Of a stretch of DNA of 64,000 nt, positions 1-8,848 are shown piece after piece. The stretch comes from Parcubacteria group bacterium (lineage in GTDB: Bacteria; Patescibacteriota; Minisyncoccia; Phycocordibacterales; 21-14-all-47-15): assembly GCA_016181845.1 (NCBI GenBank), contig JACOYO010000005.1, forward strand, positions 66,845 to 130,844. Reading direction: 5' to 3'. Position numbers and translations under genes: made by a program. Position 1 is the first letter of the stretch. Each line of letters starts with the position of its first letter. The notes under the pieces were generated by a model, which was given only the letters and a program-made list of their open reading frames with translations, did not search any database and was not told the origin of the DNA.

Positions 1-207
1 AGATAAGACGACAATATCTTTTTGTGAAATAGCGTCCAAAAAAGGCAGTGCCGATTTCCACCAAGGACCGGTTTTTGCTTCGCCGATAGAGGTAATGACC
101 AGGTCTCTCCTCTGAAGCGCGGAGACTGCCGCATCTTCATTGAACGCGTCTATGGAACCTTTCCGCGGCTCTCCATCTTTTGTAATGGCTGTGTAGTTAA
201 ACAGCAT
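1..207 (-). CDS. pilC: type IV pilus assembly platform protein PilC/GspF family, N-terminal fragment (gene continues beyond window start)
   Basis: Minus-strand translation from ATG at 207 gives MLFNYTAITKDGEPRKGSIDAFNEDAAVSALQRRDLVITSI, the typical PilC/GspF N-terminus; it lies directly downstream of pilT in the same operon. Confidence 0.7.
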   Translation of the reverse strand, partial: MLFNYTAITKDGEPRKGSIDAFNEDAAVSALQRRDLVITSIGEAKTGPWWKSALPFLDAISQKDIVVLS

Positions 208-212
208 AACAA

Positions 213-1322
213 TTATATGATGCGCTCCAGCCCCTTCGGATTGAAAGAGTGCAGATATGCATTATCGGGGGTAATATCACCGTTTCTCACAAGCCCTGCA
301 AGCGTGCGATTCATATCAATCATGCCCTCCTCGCTTCCCGTTTCAATAACTATATTGATTTCGTGCGTTCTTCCTTCGCGGATGAGATTGGAAACCGCGG
401 TATTATTTATCAACAATTCATACGCCGGCACGAGTCCGCCAGCAATACGCGGAATAAGCCGTTGAGAGAAAATGCCGAGCAAACTTCCGGAAAGTTGTAC
501 TTTAATTTGGTTTTGTTGTGCCGGAGGAAATGAGTCAATAATCCGGTCTATCGTCTGGGCGGCGTTATTGGTGTGCAAGGTTGAAAAAATCAAATGTCCA
601 GTCTCTGCCGCCGTAACCGCCGTAGAGATGGTTTCCGGTTCGCGCATTTCGCCAATCATCGCGATATTCACGTCTTGACGAAACATAGACCGGAGCGCCG
701 TATGAAAATCACGCGTATCAATGCGCACTTCCCGCTGGTCAATAATGGACTTGTCTTCTGAAAAAAGATATTCTATCGGGTCTTCAATCGTGATAATATG
801 CTCCGCTCGCTCTTTGTTTATCATCTGCACCATGGCGGCAAGTGTTGTTGTCTTCCCTTGCCCCACCGGGCCAACCACCAGAAAAAATCCCTGCTTTTTC
901 CGCGCAAATGCCTCAAGAATCGGCGGCAAGTTGAGTTCCCGCAATGTCTGTATATTTTTGGGGATGAGGCGAAACGCAATGCCTACAGAACCTCTTTGGA
1001 AAAAGGCATTGCACCGGAATCGCCCGTGGTCTTCAAAAGTATATGAAAAATCAATTTCTCTGTTTTTCAAAAATTGTTCTTTTGCCTCCGGGCTGAGTAT
1101 CGCGGAAAGAAATCCGAAAGTGTCTTCTCCGGTGAGGGCTTTTTTAGATGAAAGCGGTATCAACTGACCGGACACGCGTATAGTCGGCGGTCTGCCGGAA
1201 GAGAGGTGCAAATCAGAAGCGCCTTCATTAAAAACCGTTAGAAATAAATCTTGAAGTTGTTTTGAGTATTCATTCATAAAATAATATATTGCATTACAAA
1301 ATAAATAAACGAATAGCCGCAA
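213..1322 (-). CDS. pilT: twitching motility ATPase PilT (type IV pilus retraction ATPase)
   Basis: 369 aa; Walker A GPVGQGKTTT; PilT/PilU-like N-terminal and His-box regions. Confidence 0.9.
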   Translation of the reverse strand: MRLFVYLFCNAIYYFMNEYSKQLQDLFLTVFNEGASDLHLSSGRPPTIRVSGQLIPLSSKKALTGEDTFGFLSAILSPEAKEQFLKNREIDFSYTFEDHGRFRCNAFFQRGSVGIAFRLIPKNIQTLRELNLPPILEAFARKKQGFFLVVGPVGQGKTTTLAAMVQMINKERAEHIITIEDPIEYLFSEDKSIIDQREVRIDTRDFHTALRSMFRQDVNIAMIGEMREPETISTAVTAAETGHLIFSTLHTNNAAQTIDRIIDSFPPAQQNQIKVQLSGSLLGIFSQRLIPRIAGGLVPAYELLINNTAVSNLIREGRTHEINIVIETGSEEGMIDMNRTLAGLVRNGDITPDNAYLHSFNPKGLERII

Positions 1323-1325
1323 TGC

Positions 1326-1727
1326 TTATGACGCGAGCGTTTCTTTTACTTTTTCCACCACTTCTGTCGGCGTCACGCTTGCTTTCACGATATATCCGTT
1401 TGCGCCAAGTTTTTTGCCGCGTTCTATGTCAGCTTCCTGTCCGATATTTGAAAGAATGATAATTTTTGCCGATGCCGCCAATTGTTTATCTTTGATATTT
1501 TTAAGCAATTCAAATCCGTCCATCCCTGGCATAACGATATCAAGCAATATGATATCTGGAACAAAACCTTCGGAGAGTTTATCAAGCGCCTCTACCCCGC
1601 TCCCAGCCGCGCGCACCTCAAAACCGACTTCGGTAAATTTAAGCGCGTACATATCAAGCAAAAAGGTGTCGTCGTCAACAATAAAAACTTTTGGCTTTGA
1701 ATCGTTTGTGTTAGTGTTAGTCGTCAT
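1326..1727 (-). CDS. CheY-like response regulator receiver domain protein (single domain)
   Basis: KVFIVDDD...DIILLDIVMPGMDGFELLKNIK receiver motifs; start moved to ATG at 1727 (MTTNTNTND); embedded between pilB and pilT. Confidence 0.8.
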   Translation of the reverse strand: MTTNTNTNDSKPKVFIVDDDTFLLDMYALKFTEVGFEVRAAGSGVEALDKLSEGFVPDIILLDIVMPGMDGFELLKNIKDKQLAASAKIIILSNIGQEADIERGKKLGANGYIVKASVTPTEVVEKVKETLAS

Positions 1728-1740
1728 ATGTATATAGTAT

Positions 1741-1781
1741 AACATGTAACCTGCAATCTGAAACATAATATGTTACATGTT
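1741..1781. promoter_or_regulatory. 10-bp inverted repeat (aacatgtaac / gttacatgtt, 21-bp spacer) upstream of the response regulator-pilT unit; candidate operator
   Basis: Perfect inverted repeat read directly from sequence, immediately upstream of the start at 1727. Confidence 0.3.
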
Positions 1782-1801
1782 TCATGTTGCGCGCTTCATC
1801 T

Positions 1802-3586
1802 CTACACTTTATTTACTTCCCCGAAAGGAATATCGCCGGCAAATGCCTTGAGCATGGCGTCTTCACGCATCGTAAGCATGCCCTGCTTCCTGATGGTGTC
1901 AAAAAGCGCCGATTCTGTCGGGCTTCCCAACACCACTTTTTCAATCTCTTTATTCATCATAAACATTTCAAAGACAGCCGCCCGCCCGCGCATACCGCTT
2001 GGGCATTCATCCGAAGGAACAGCTTCGTATACTTCTTTCATTTTCGGAATCATCTTTTTGGATTCTTCGGGCAGTCCTTCAAATTCTTTTTCAATCATTA
2101 GTTTGATGCTTCCCTCAACAGGAATGGCTTTCCGCGAAGCTGGACCGGGACATAATTTCCGCACGAGCCGCTGGGCAATGGCGAGCACGAGCGTCGGCGC
2201 TATCATATATGGGTCAACTCCCATATCAATAAGACGCGGAATAACGCCCACGGCGTTATTGGTATGCAAAGTAGAAATCACGAGGTGTCCTGTCAGAGCC
2301 GCCTGGACGGCAAGCTGTGCCGTTTCTTTATCGCGAATTTCTCCAACCATGATGACATCGGGGTCCTGCCGCAGTGTGGTGCGCAAGCCATTTGCAAAGT
2401 CATATCCGATTTCAGGCATCATTTGCGATTGATTCATTCCGGAAATGTTGTATTCAACAGGGTCCTCAAGCGAGAGGACATTGTCTGTTTCCATATCAAG
2501 CTCGTTCATCATTGAGTACATAGTCGTCGTCTTTCCGGAACCAGTGGGACCAGTCAAAAGTATCATTCCGTATGGCCTGTCTATCGCCTCTTTAATGAGC
2601 GAGAGATTGTGCGCAGACAAGCCGAGCTTATCAAGCGAAATAAATCCTTTTTGTGGGTCAAGAATACGCATCACCACTTTTTCGCCGTAATAGGTTGGAA
2701 ATGTTGATACGCGAAAATCAATCAGACGATTTTCAATGCGGGCGGAAAAACGGCCATCTTGCGGTTTTCGTTTTTCATCAAGCCGCATGTTGGAAAGAAT
2801 TTTTACCCGCGCGACAACGGCGCTGTGGACGTTTGAGGGAAGAAATAGACTGGTATAGAGAATGCCATCAACGCGAAACCGGACACGGACACGATTTTCA
2901 ATAGGCTCAATATGCACATCGGAAGCATTTCCTTCCACCGCATTTCTTAAAATCACGGCGACTATTTTTGTCACTGGCGCATCTTCTATGATTTTTGCCT
3001 CAAAACCGTTTCCCGAAGAAGATTTTGTCCCGATTGTTTTTAGTTTTTCCTCAACCTCCGGCACTTCAACCACAGTGGCGCCTGAAGGCGCGCGCGCTCC
3101 ATCTTTTTCTTTCGCCGTTTCATCGCCCGTCTCAAGCTCCGTCAGGGCTTTATGCACCTCGCCCCCCAAACCTTTGTAGTTTCCGGCAATAGTCTGAAAC
3201 ATCGCGCTTGAAATCAAGAAAATCTTAAACGGCATGCCCGACCGCGATGAAATAAATTGCAAGGCGTCTCGCGCTTCCATGTCATCGGGGTTGACCATTC
3301 CGACTTCAAGCGCTCCGTCTTTCACTTCAAGAGGAACAAATAGATAATGCAAAGCCGATTCTTCGGGGATATATTTCAACACTTCAAAAGGCACACTGCC
3401 TGATTCAAGTTCTTTCACGGGGATGCTCAAATACGCCCCCTTCAAGGTCGTCATTTCGCTATCGTCAATGCCGCGTTTGAGGAGAATTTCTTCAAGCGAT
3501 ACGCCGGTCGCTTCTTCTTTGCTTATCGCAGAGCTTTCGGCTTGGGTTATTATTCCTTTTTGTATTAGATAGTCTAAAAAAGCCAT
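1802..3586 (-). CDS. pilB: type IV pilus assembly ATPase PilB (GspE family)
   Basis: 594 aa; Walker A GPTGSGKTTT; GspE N-terminal domain; Walker B and His box. Confidence 0.9.
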   Translation of the reverse strand: MAFLDYLIQKGIITQAESSAISKEEATGVSLEEILLKRGIDDSEMTTLKGAYLSIPVKELESGSVPFEVLKYIPEESALHYLFVPLEVKDGALEVGMVNPDDMEARDALQFISSRSGMPFKIFLISSAMFQTIAGNYKGLGGEVHKALTELETGDETAKEKDGARAPSGATVVEVPEVEEKLKTIGTKSSSGNGFEAKIIEDAPVTKIVAVILRNAVEGNASDVHIEPIENRVRVRFRVDGILYTSLFLPSNVHSAVVARVKILSNMRLDEKRKPQDGRFSARIENRLIDFRVSTFPTYYGEKVVMRILDPQKGFISLDKLGLSAHNLSLIKEAIDRPYGMILLTGPTGSGKTTTMYSMMNELDMETDNVLSLEDPVEYNISGMNQSQMMPEIGYDFANGLRTTLRQDPDVIMVGEIRDKETAQLAVQAALTGHLVISTLHTNNAVGVIPRLIDMGVDPYMIAPTLVLAIAQRLVRKLCPGPASRKAIPVEGSIKLMIEKEFEGLPEESKKMIPKMKEVYEAVPSDECPSGMRGRAAVFEMFMMNKEIEKVVLGSPTESALFDTIRKQGMLTMREDAMLKAFAGDIPFGEVNKV

Positions 3587-3632
3587 AGATTAGGTTTAGG
3601 TTAAGACGTCTTAACTCGGCAAATTAAAAAGC

Positions 3633-3974
3633 CTAAAAAACGGTCTTTGAAACATTGGCTGTCTCTATCGGCGCAAACGGATTGTCTCGTCCGCGAGGAC
3701 GTTCTGGAATACTTTGCCCGAAATCCGCAAGGTTTTGAAATGCTCTGTTGCTGAAAATCGCCGTGTCCAATTTGAGCGATTTTAGGTTAAGGAGAAGCGT
3801 GAGAATTTCGCGGCCGCTTTGCGCCTGCGGAGACTCGCCGTTGGGAGTTTCGCTTACCAACACCTGATTTGGGCTGACCGAAGCGTTCGGTTTCAAAAAG
3901 GTATTGTATCCGACCGCAAGCAAAAGCACGATTCCGACAATGACGATACTGTTTTTAATCCAAGAATGCTTCAT
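3633..3974 (-). CDS. hypothetical membrane-anchored protein in pilus operon (possible PilP-like)
   Basis: 113 aa, N-terminal TM helix IVIVGIVLLLAVGY; position between pilO and pilB. Confidence 0.45.
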   Translation of the reverse strand: MKHSWIKNSIVIVGIVLLLAVGYNTFLKPNASVSPNQVLVSETPNGESPQAQSGREILTLLLNLKSLKLDTAIFSNRAFQNLADFGQSIPERPRGRDNPFAPIETANVSKTVF

Positions 3975-3993
3975 AAATGTAGTGTTTATAGAA

Positions 3994-4533
3994 TTATTTT
4001 TTTAGCCAATAGGTTTGCAAAAGAACCGTATAATCGTAAAAGTCTTTACTTGCCGATGCAAACGACAATCCGACCACGTCAACAATACGGAGACTCTTCT
4101 CCATGTCTTCAAGGAACGCCAAAAAGGTGCCGTATGGTCCGGACACTGAAAATTCAAGCTGGACCGTGCCGTACTTTTTTCTGTTTGGTCCGAGCAAACC
4201 GCTTTTCGCTTCGTCCACAATGGTAATTTTTGTATTTTTGAGCGACATATTATATCGCGCCGCAATGTTGTTTATATCCATAATGAGCCGCACGTTGTCC
4301 ACATTGTCGGGCAACATTTTTTCAAGACGTTCAAGATCGGTCGCGGCAAAAGAATTGTATTTTGAAAGAAGCTCATCGCGAACCGCCTGCAATTCTTTTG
4401 ATTTCTCAAGCGCGCTGTTGAATGAAGCCACCTGCTGTCCAAGCGTCCCTATTTCTTTGTATAGCGGGTCAATGAGCCAAAAAAAGACCCCGATTGCGGC
4501 AATTATAAGAATGATTGGAATAAAATATCGCAT
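3994..4533 (-). CDS. pilO: type IV pilus assembly protein PilO-like
   Basis: 179 aa, N-terminal TM then coiled-coil; gene order pilM-pilN-pilO. Confidence 0.6.
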   Translation of the reverse strand: MRYFIPIILIIAAIGVFFWLIDPLYKEIGTLGQQVASFNSALEKSKELQAVRDELLSKYNSFAATDLERLEKMLPDNVDNVRLIMDINNIAARYNMSLKNTKITIVDEAKSGLLGPNRKKYGTVQLEFSVSGPYGTFLAFLEDMEKSLRIVDVVGLSFASASKDFYDYTVLLQTYWLKK

Positions 4534-4550
4534 GGTGGTGGTATAAATGA

Positions 4551-5138
4551 TTATTGTTGGACAATTGTTTGAGCGTACGAAAGAAGCCCGGAATTTATCT
4601 TTGCGTTCAAATCAAAAGAAATGCGCCCGTCTTGGTTTAATGTCAGATTTGAAAAAATATGGTCTGTGATATATTTGTTTTGAGAAAAAATGTCCGACTG
4701 AAGCGCGATTGACGCGTAATCATCCGCTTCGCCGCGCAAGTTTATGCTATACGCGCCGCCACTCTCCGCTCGCATGGCAAAATTTTTATACCGCAATGTC
4801 TGCACCGTGCTTTCTTCCAAAAGAGCAAACACAGGAGACAATGCAACGTGTTGTTTCAAAAGTGTATCGCCGGTGGAAAGCCGCGCGTCCACTGTCTGCA
4901 GTTCTGTGATAAGACTGGTTTCAAACGCTCCGCGCGCGCGGTCAAGCGAGACGGCAAAGTCGTTTATGTCTTTATTGAGCACCGAGCGATACACAAAAAG
5001 ACCTCCGTACAGAACGATTGCCACAAGCGCGAGAAAAGTGGCAAACACAGTCGCTCCGCCGACACCGCGCTCTGGCGCGGCTGTCTTTACAATTGCTTGT
5101 TTTGGAATAAAAGATGTTTTTTGTGATTCAAACGCCAT
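4551..5138 (-). CDS. pilN: type IV pilus assembly protein PilN-like
   Basis: 195 aa, single TM after short cytoplasmic N-terminus; follows pilM. Confidence 0.6.
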   Translation of the reverse strand: MAFESQKTSFIPKQAIVKTAAPERGVGGATVFATFLALVAIVLYGGLFVYRSVLNKDINDFAVSLDRARGAFETSLITELQTVDARLSTGDTLLKQHVALSPVFALLEESTVQTLRYKNFAMRAESGGAYSINLRGEADDYASIALQSDIFSQNKYITDHIFSNLTLNQDGRISFDLNAKINSGLLSYAQTIVQQ

Positions 5139-5154
5139 AATGAATAGATATTAT

Positions 5155-6387
5155 TTACTCACCGGCTTCCTGTATTTTTCTCAAGGCAAGCCCAACTGAA
5201 ACCGCAAACTCCGGGCCTGCGTCTTTCAACATCGGGGAAAGAAACGCCGGCGCCTCAACCTTTCCAAACGGGTCTCCAAGTATGATTTCGGCATCTATGT
5301 ATTTTTTTGCCGCCGAAACGAGACCTTTCAAAAGCGCCCCGCCGCCGGTCAAGATGACCGAATCAATGGAAACGTGATGTTTTTGCTGATATTGCATAAG
5401 CATAGTATTCGTTTCAGAAAAGATACTCTCAATCGTCAGATTGGCGATATGCCCGATGGCGGCGCTGTCTTTATTTCCGAAAGAGGCGCTCACAGAAACC
5501 GCTGTTTCAGTCGTTTTTGGCGCCGCTTCTTCAAAAACTCCGGACGTTCTTTTCATATCTTCCGCCGTACTAAAGCTGATTGATCGCGCCTTTGACAAAG
5601 CAACGGTAATGTCTTGCGAGCCACGGCTGATGGTGTGCGTAAAACGCGTCACTCCAAATGCCACTACCGCGAGTTTTGTCATTGTCGCCCCGATATCCAC
5701 AAGAAGAACCGTCTGCATGGAGCGCCCTGAGACTGCCCGCATGGAAGAAAATACCTCGAGCTCAAAGAACACTTTTTCAAACTGCATGATTTCCGCCACA
5801 CGGTGGTATTTTTCTATCGCCTCGCTATGAATCGCGACAACCATAACTTCGGTCGTGCCGTGCGCCGGCGGTTTATGAAAAAGAGCTGTGTCTTTTGGCG
5901 GGTCTAGGGCGACTTCAGTATCTGCGTCTTGTTCGGCATAAATTTCGCGTTTCGGTATGACCCACCAGTCAAGCGTTACTTCACTCATCGGCACCGGTAT
6001 ATATTTGCGCGCTTCAAGCGGAACAATTTCGTTTAACTTTGCCCCATCAGTAGCTGGAATTTCAATCAGGGACAGCAGGCTTGATTTTAATGATATGGAA
6101 AGAGCGGCGTTTTTGGTAGTTACTCCGGCTTCACGAAACAGGTCCGCAAGCGCTTCTGCAATTTTTTCCGGAGGAAGATTGGTTGCCTGACCGATCTCTC
6201 CGCCCGCGTAAGGACCGAGCGCGATTTCTCCATATGTTTCCAGAATGGCCTTACCTGCTTTATTTTTGAGCTGGACAACCTTTATAAACGCAGACCCGAT
6301 GTCAATACCTACCGCGCTGGTTCCTTTTTCTCCGTCACCAAACAAATGGAATTTTTCAAATAGAGTTGTAATAAAATTTGCAGCCAT
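5155..6387 (-). CDS. pilM: type IV pilus assembly ATPase-like protein PilM (actin/FtsA fold)
   Basis: 410 aa; GIDIGSAFIKVVQL actin-like phosphate-1 motif; first gene of pil operon. Confidence 0.8.
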   Translation of the reverse strand: MAANFITTLFEKFHLFGDGEKGTSAVGIDIGSAFIKVVQLKNKAGKAILETYGEIALGPYAGGEIGQATNLPPEKIAEALADLFREAGVTTKNAALSISLKSSLLSLIEIPATDGAKLNEIVPLEARKYIPVPMSEVTLDWWVIPKREIYAEQDADTEVALDPPKDTALFHKPPAHGTTEVMVVAIHSEAIEKYHRVAEIMQFEKVFFELEVFSSMRAVSGRSMQTVLLVDIGATMTKLAVVAFGVTRFTHTISRGSQDITVALSKARSISFSTAEDMKRTSGVFEEAAPKTTETAVSVSASFGNKDSAAIGHIANLTIESIFSETNTMLMQYQQKHHVSIDSVILTGGGALLKGLVSAAKKYIDAEIILGDPFGKVEAPAFLSPMLKDAGPEFAVSVGLALRKIQEAGE

Positions 6388-6529
6388 ACATCAATGAAGT
6401 AAGTAGAAAGCAGCGGGCAGATAGTAGCAATAATTTTCTACACTCTACGCCCCATACCGCGTATATTATACCATTTATATACCGACAACACTATGCACAT
6501 ACCCGACTTATCCACAGCAACCGGAGCAT

Positions 6530-7219
6530 GTGGACGCAAGGTACGATATTCTTTCTACTATGAGTTTATGGGGCGCTTTTCTTTCCGTTCTTTTTCCACT
6601 GCGCTGTACTGCTTGCGGTTTAAGCGGCACGCCGCTTTGTCGCGGCTGTTTAGACCAAGTGCCAAAGATGCCAGAAACAAACAATCCTCTTATCACGGCG
6701 CTTTATAGTTATCGGCATCCGTCAATCAAAAAGACTCTTTGGGCGCTGAAATATAGAAATAACACGACGACGGCAGAGATTTTCGGAAATGCTTTATACG
6801 AGCATCTTTTAGAACGCGCCCATGAATTCACCGCGTTTTCAAGCGCGTCGCAAAACGACAAACCGACAGTCATCCCCATTCCTCTTCATAAGCGGCGATT
6901 GCGGACGCGCGGTTTTAATCAATCCGAAAAAATTGTTGCCGCGCTCAAATTGCTTGATACAAATGAATCATTTTTGTATGCCGATGATATTTTGGTTAAA
7001 ATAAAAGAAACAGCTCCGCAGGCATCGCTCAAGAATAAGCAAGAACGCTCACAAAATATCCGTGGATGTTTTACCGTACGCAATGCTGAAAAAATAAAAA
7101 ACAAAGTAGTCATTGTGGTAGACGACATCACCACCACGGGAGCGACGCTCAATGAGGCGCTCGGGGCATTAAAAAACGCCGGCGCAAGCGCGGTGTATGG
7201 CATCGCCATTGCTCATTGA
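6530..7219 (+). CDS. comFC: competence protein ComFC (phosphoribosyltransferase-domain)
   Basis: N-terminal Cys pairs CTACG...CRGC; C-terminal PRTase motif VVIVVDDITTTGATL. Confidence 0.8.
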   Translation: MDARYDILSTMSLWGAFLSVLFPLRCTACGLSGTPLCRGCLDQVPKMPETNNPLITALYSYRHPSIKKTLWALKYRNNTTTAEIFGNALYEHLLERAHEFTAFSSASQNDKPTVIPIPLHKRRLRTRGFNQSEKIVAALKLLDTNESFLYADDILVKIKETAPQASLKNKQERSQNIRGCFTVRNAEKIKNKVVIVVDDITTTGATLNEALGALKNAGASAVYGIAIAH

Positions 7220-7295
7220 CAAACATATTTTATTTGTTACAATAGAAAAAAGTTCGTAAACCAATTTTTTCCTCAAACAAAAATGGGGGTGCTGG

Positions 7296-7385
7296 ATGTT
7301 TGAAATCATCGCCACAAAAAGTTTTTGGAAGCGAGTGTTTGTTTTGCTGGTAGCCACGGGTGCGATGTATTATCTGGCTCACTGA
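7296..7385 (+). CDS. possible small hydrophobic peptide (29 aa, MFEIIATKSFWKRVFVLLVATGAMYYLAH)
   Basis: ATG preceded by GGGGGTG; ORF ends 8 nt before a strong terminator hairpin; below the size cutoff of the ORF track. Confidence 0.2.
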   Translation: MFEIIATKSFWKRVFVLLVATGAMYYLAH

Positions 7386-7392
7386 CAATCGT

Positions 7393-7428
7393 CTTGCCGG
7401 CAAGCGACATTCTGCTTGCCGGTTTTTA
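7393..7428 (+). terminator. rho-independent terminator (ccggcaagc-gacattct-gcttgccgg + TTTTTA)
   Basis: 9-bp GC-rich stem followed by a T-run. Confidence 0.6.
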
Positions 7429-7516
7429 TTGCCCGAATGATTCATCTATCTGATTATGTGTTATACTTACTGAAAGCAGTTAAAAAATAATTAGCGTATA
7501 TATTATGGGAGAAAAT

Positions 7517-7762
7517 ATGAAACTATATCATTTGCCGGGATGCCCCTATTGCGCGAATGCAATCGCAAAAATAGACGACCTCGGTATTCGTAATCAAATT
7601 GATTTTGTGGAAGTCCCGCGTCCGCACGGAGAACGCGCCGAGCTCGCTGAAATCACCGGTGGCGTCGTGGGTGTCCCGACACTCGTTGACGGAGGCGTCA
7701 TCATCGCCGACGATGACGACAAAATCATCGCGTATTTGGATGAAAAATTCGGGACAAAATAA
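7517..7762 (+). CDS. glutaredoxin (CPYC active site)
   Basis: MKLYHLPGCPYCANA...GVPTL thioredoxin-fold motifs; start taken at Met5 of the ORF. Confidence 0.75.
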   Translation: MKLYHLPGCPYCANAIAKIDDLGIRNQIDFVEVPRPHGERAELAEITGGVVGVPTLVDGGVIIADDDDKIIAYLDEKFGTK

Positions 7763-7782
7763 AACTCACAAATCAATTAAAG

Positions 7783-7815
7783 AAAAACCGCCGATATAAC
7801 ATCAGCGGTTTTTTT
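7783..7815 (+). terminator. rho-independent terminator (aaaccgccgatataacatcagcggttttttt)
   Basis: Hairpin plus T7 run immediately after the grx stop. Confidence 0.6.
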
Positions 7816-7888
7816 GTCTTACAAAGTTGTCTTACAAAGGGTAGCCCTTTGTTAGGTAAACTGGTGCCTTCAAACTGGTGGTTGAAAA

Positions 7889-7909
7889 TTCGGCTTTCGC
7901 ATAGCCGAA
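7889..7909. repeat. 21-nt hairpin repeat ttcggctttcgcatagccgaa, copy 1 of 3
   Basis: Identical sequence at 7889-7909, 7942-7962 and 29505-29525; 6-bp stem, 9-nt loop. Confidence 0.6.
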
Positions 7910-7938
7910 AATCTAGGCGAAAATAGAAAAGAATTGTC

Positions 7939-8757
7939 TCATTCGGCTTTCGCATAGCCGAATAACAAACATTTTTTGCATGGGCCACACCGGAGCGCCT
8001 CGCTCTGTCCGAAAAAATCGGGCGGACATACCATGTGTTTTTGTTTAAGCGAAAGCGATTTCCACCACGGCGCATCGGTTGGTTGTTCCAAATCTCTTCC
8101 GCGCAATTCATGCGACGGGAAAATCACCGACCCTTTTGGTAAATCGGGAATCACGTCCCCTTCCGTAGCCATAAAACAAATGCGAAAACCGAATTGATTG
8201 TGGCACGTCATCGCTTCGTTGAAATTATCTCTGTCTGCAGAAAGATTCACGGCAATGTTCCGCAAACCATGAAGCGTTTCTGAAAAATGAAACGACCGCG
8301 TGTAAATCCAATGACGCACGTCGGGAGTTCTAATCACCACGGCGCGTATAAACCATGCGTACTCCATGGAAAAAATGTCGCCAGACACATGCCAGCGGAA
8401 ACCTCCTCTTTTGCAACGCGAAGCAATCCACTCGACGAAAGCAAGTATGGTTATGGCTGTTTCGTACCCGCAAGAGAGCACCTGATGAATTGCCGCGCTA
8501 TTGCGACGATACATCCTATACATTTCAGGTTCTGCATCCTCTAAGCGATTGACATAGCACACACTCTCGCATATCGGCGTCTTATGCGGACAATCCGTTT
8601 TGTGCAATAAAGAAAACGCATTTGCTGACGGTCGTTCAAAAGAGCCGTTTTCGGCTGTGATTTTGCCATTACCGTCAAACCAAAACACGCGTTCTCTGCC
8701 GCCGTACTGATAAGCCACCTCAAGCGAGCTTAAGACAAACTTCGTTTGATTAGCCAT
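7939..8757 (-). CDS. hypothetical Cys-rich protein (CPHKTPICESVC N-terminal cluster; C-terminal CPPD...CGPCKKC)
   Basis: 272-aa ORF with conserved-looking cysteine clusters at both ends; no family recognised with confidence. Confidence 0.5.
   Translation of the reverse strand: MANQTKFVLSSLEVAYQYGGRERVFWFDGNGKITAENGSFERPSANAFSLLHKTDCPHKTPICESVCYVNRLEDAEPEMYRMYRRNSAAIHQVLSCGYETAITILAFVEWIASRCKRGGFRWHVSGDIFSMEYAWFIRAVVIRTPDVRHWIYTRSFHFSETLHGLRNIAVNLSADRDNFNEAMTCHNQFGFRICFMATEGDVIPDLPKGSVIFPSHELRGRDLEQPTDAPWWKSLSLKQKHMVCPPDFFGQSEALRCGPCKKCLLFGYAKAE
7942..7962. repeat. 21-nt hairpin repeat ttcggctttcgcatagccgaa, copy 2 of 3 (overlaps the 3' end of the 272-aa gene)
   Basis: Exact repeat. Confidence 0.6.
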
Positions 8758-8848
8758 GCGTGCCTCCGCTAAAAAGAATTAGTGGTTTGATTATAAATGA
8801 ACTTATATATACGCCAGTGTATCTTTTCCGTACAAAAATACAAACGGA

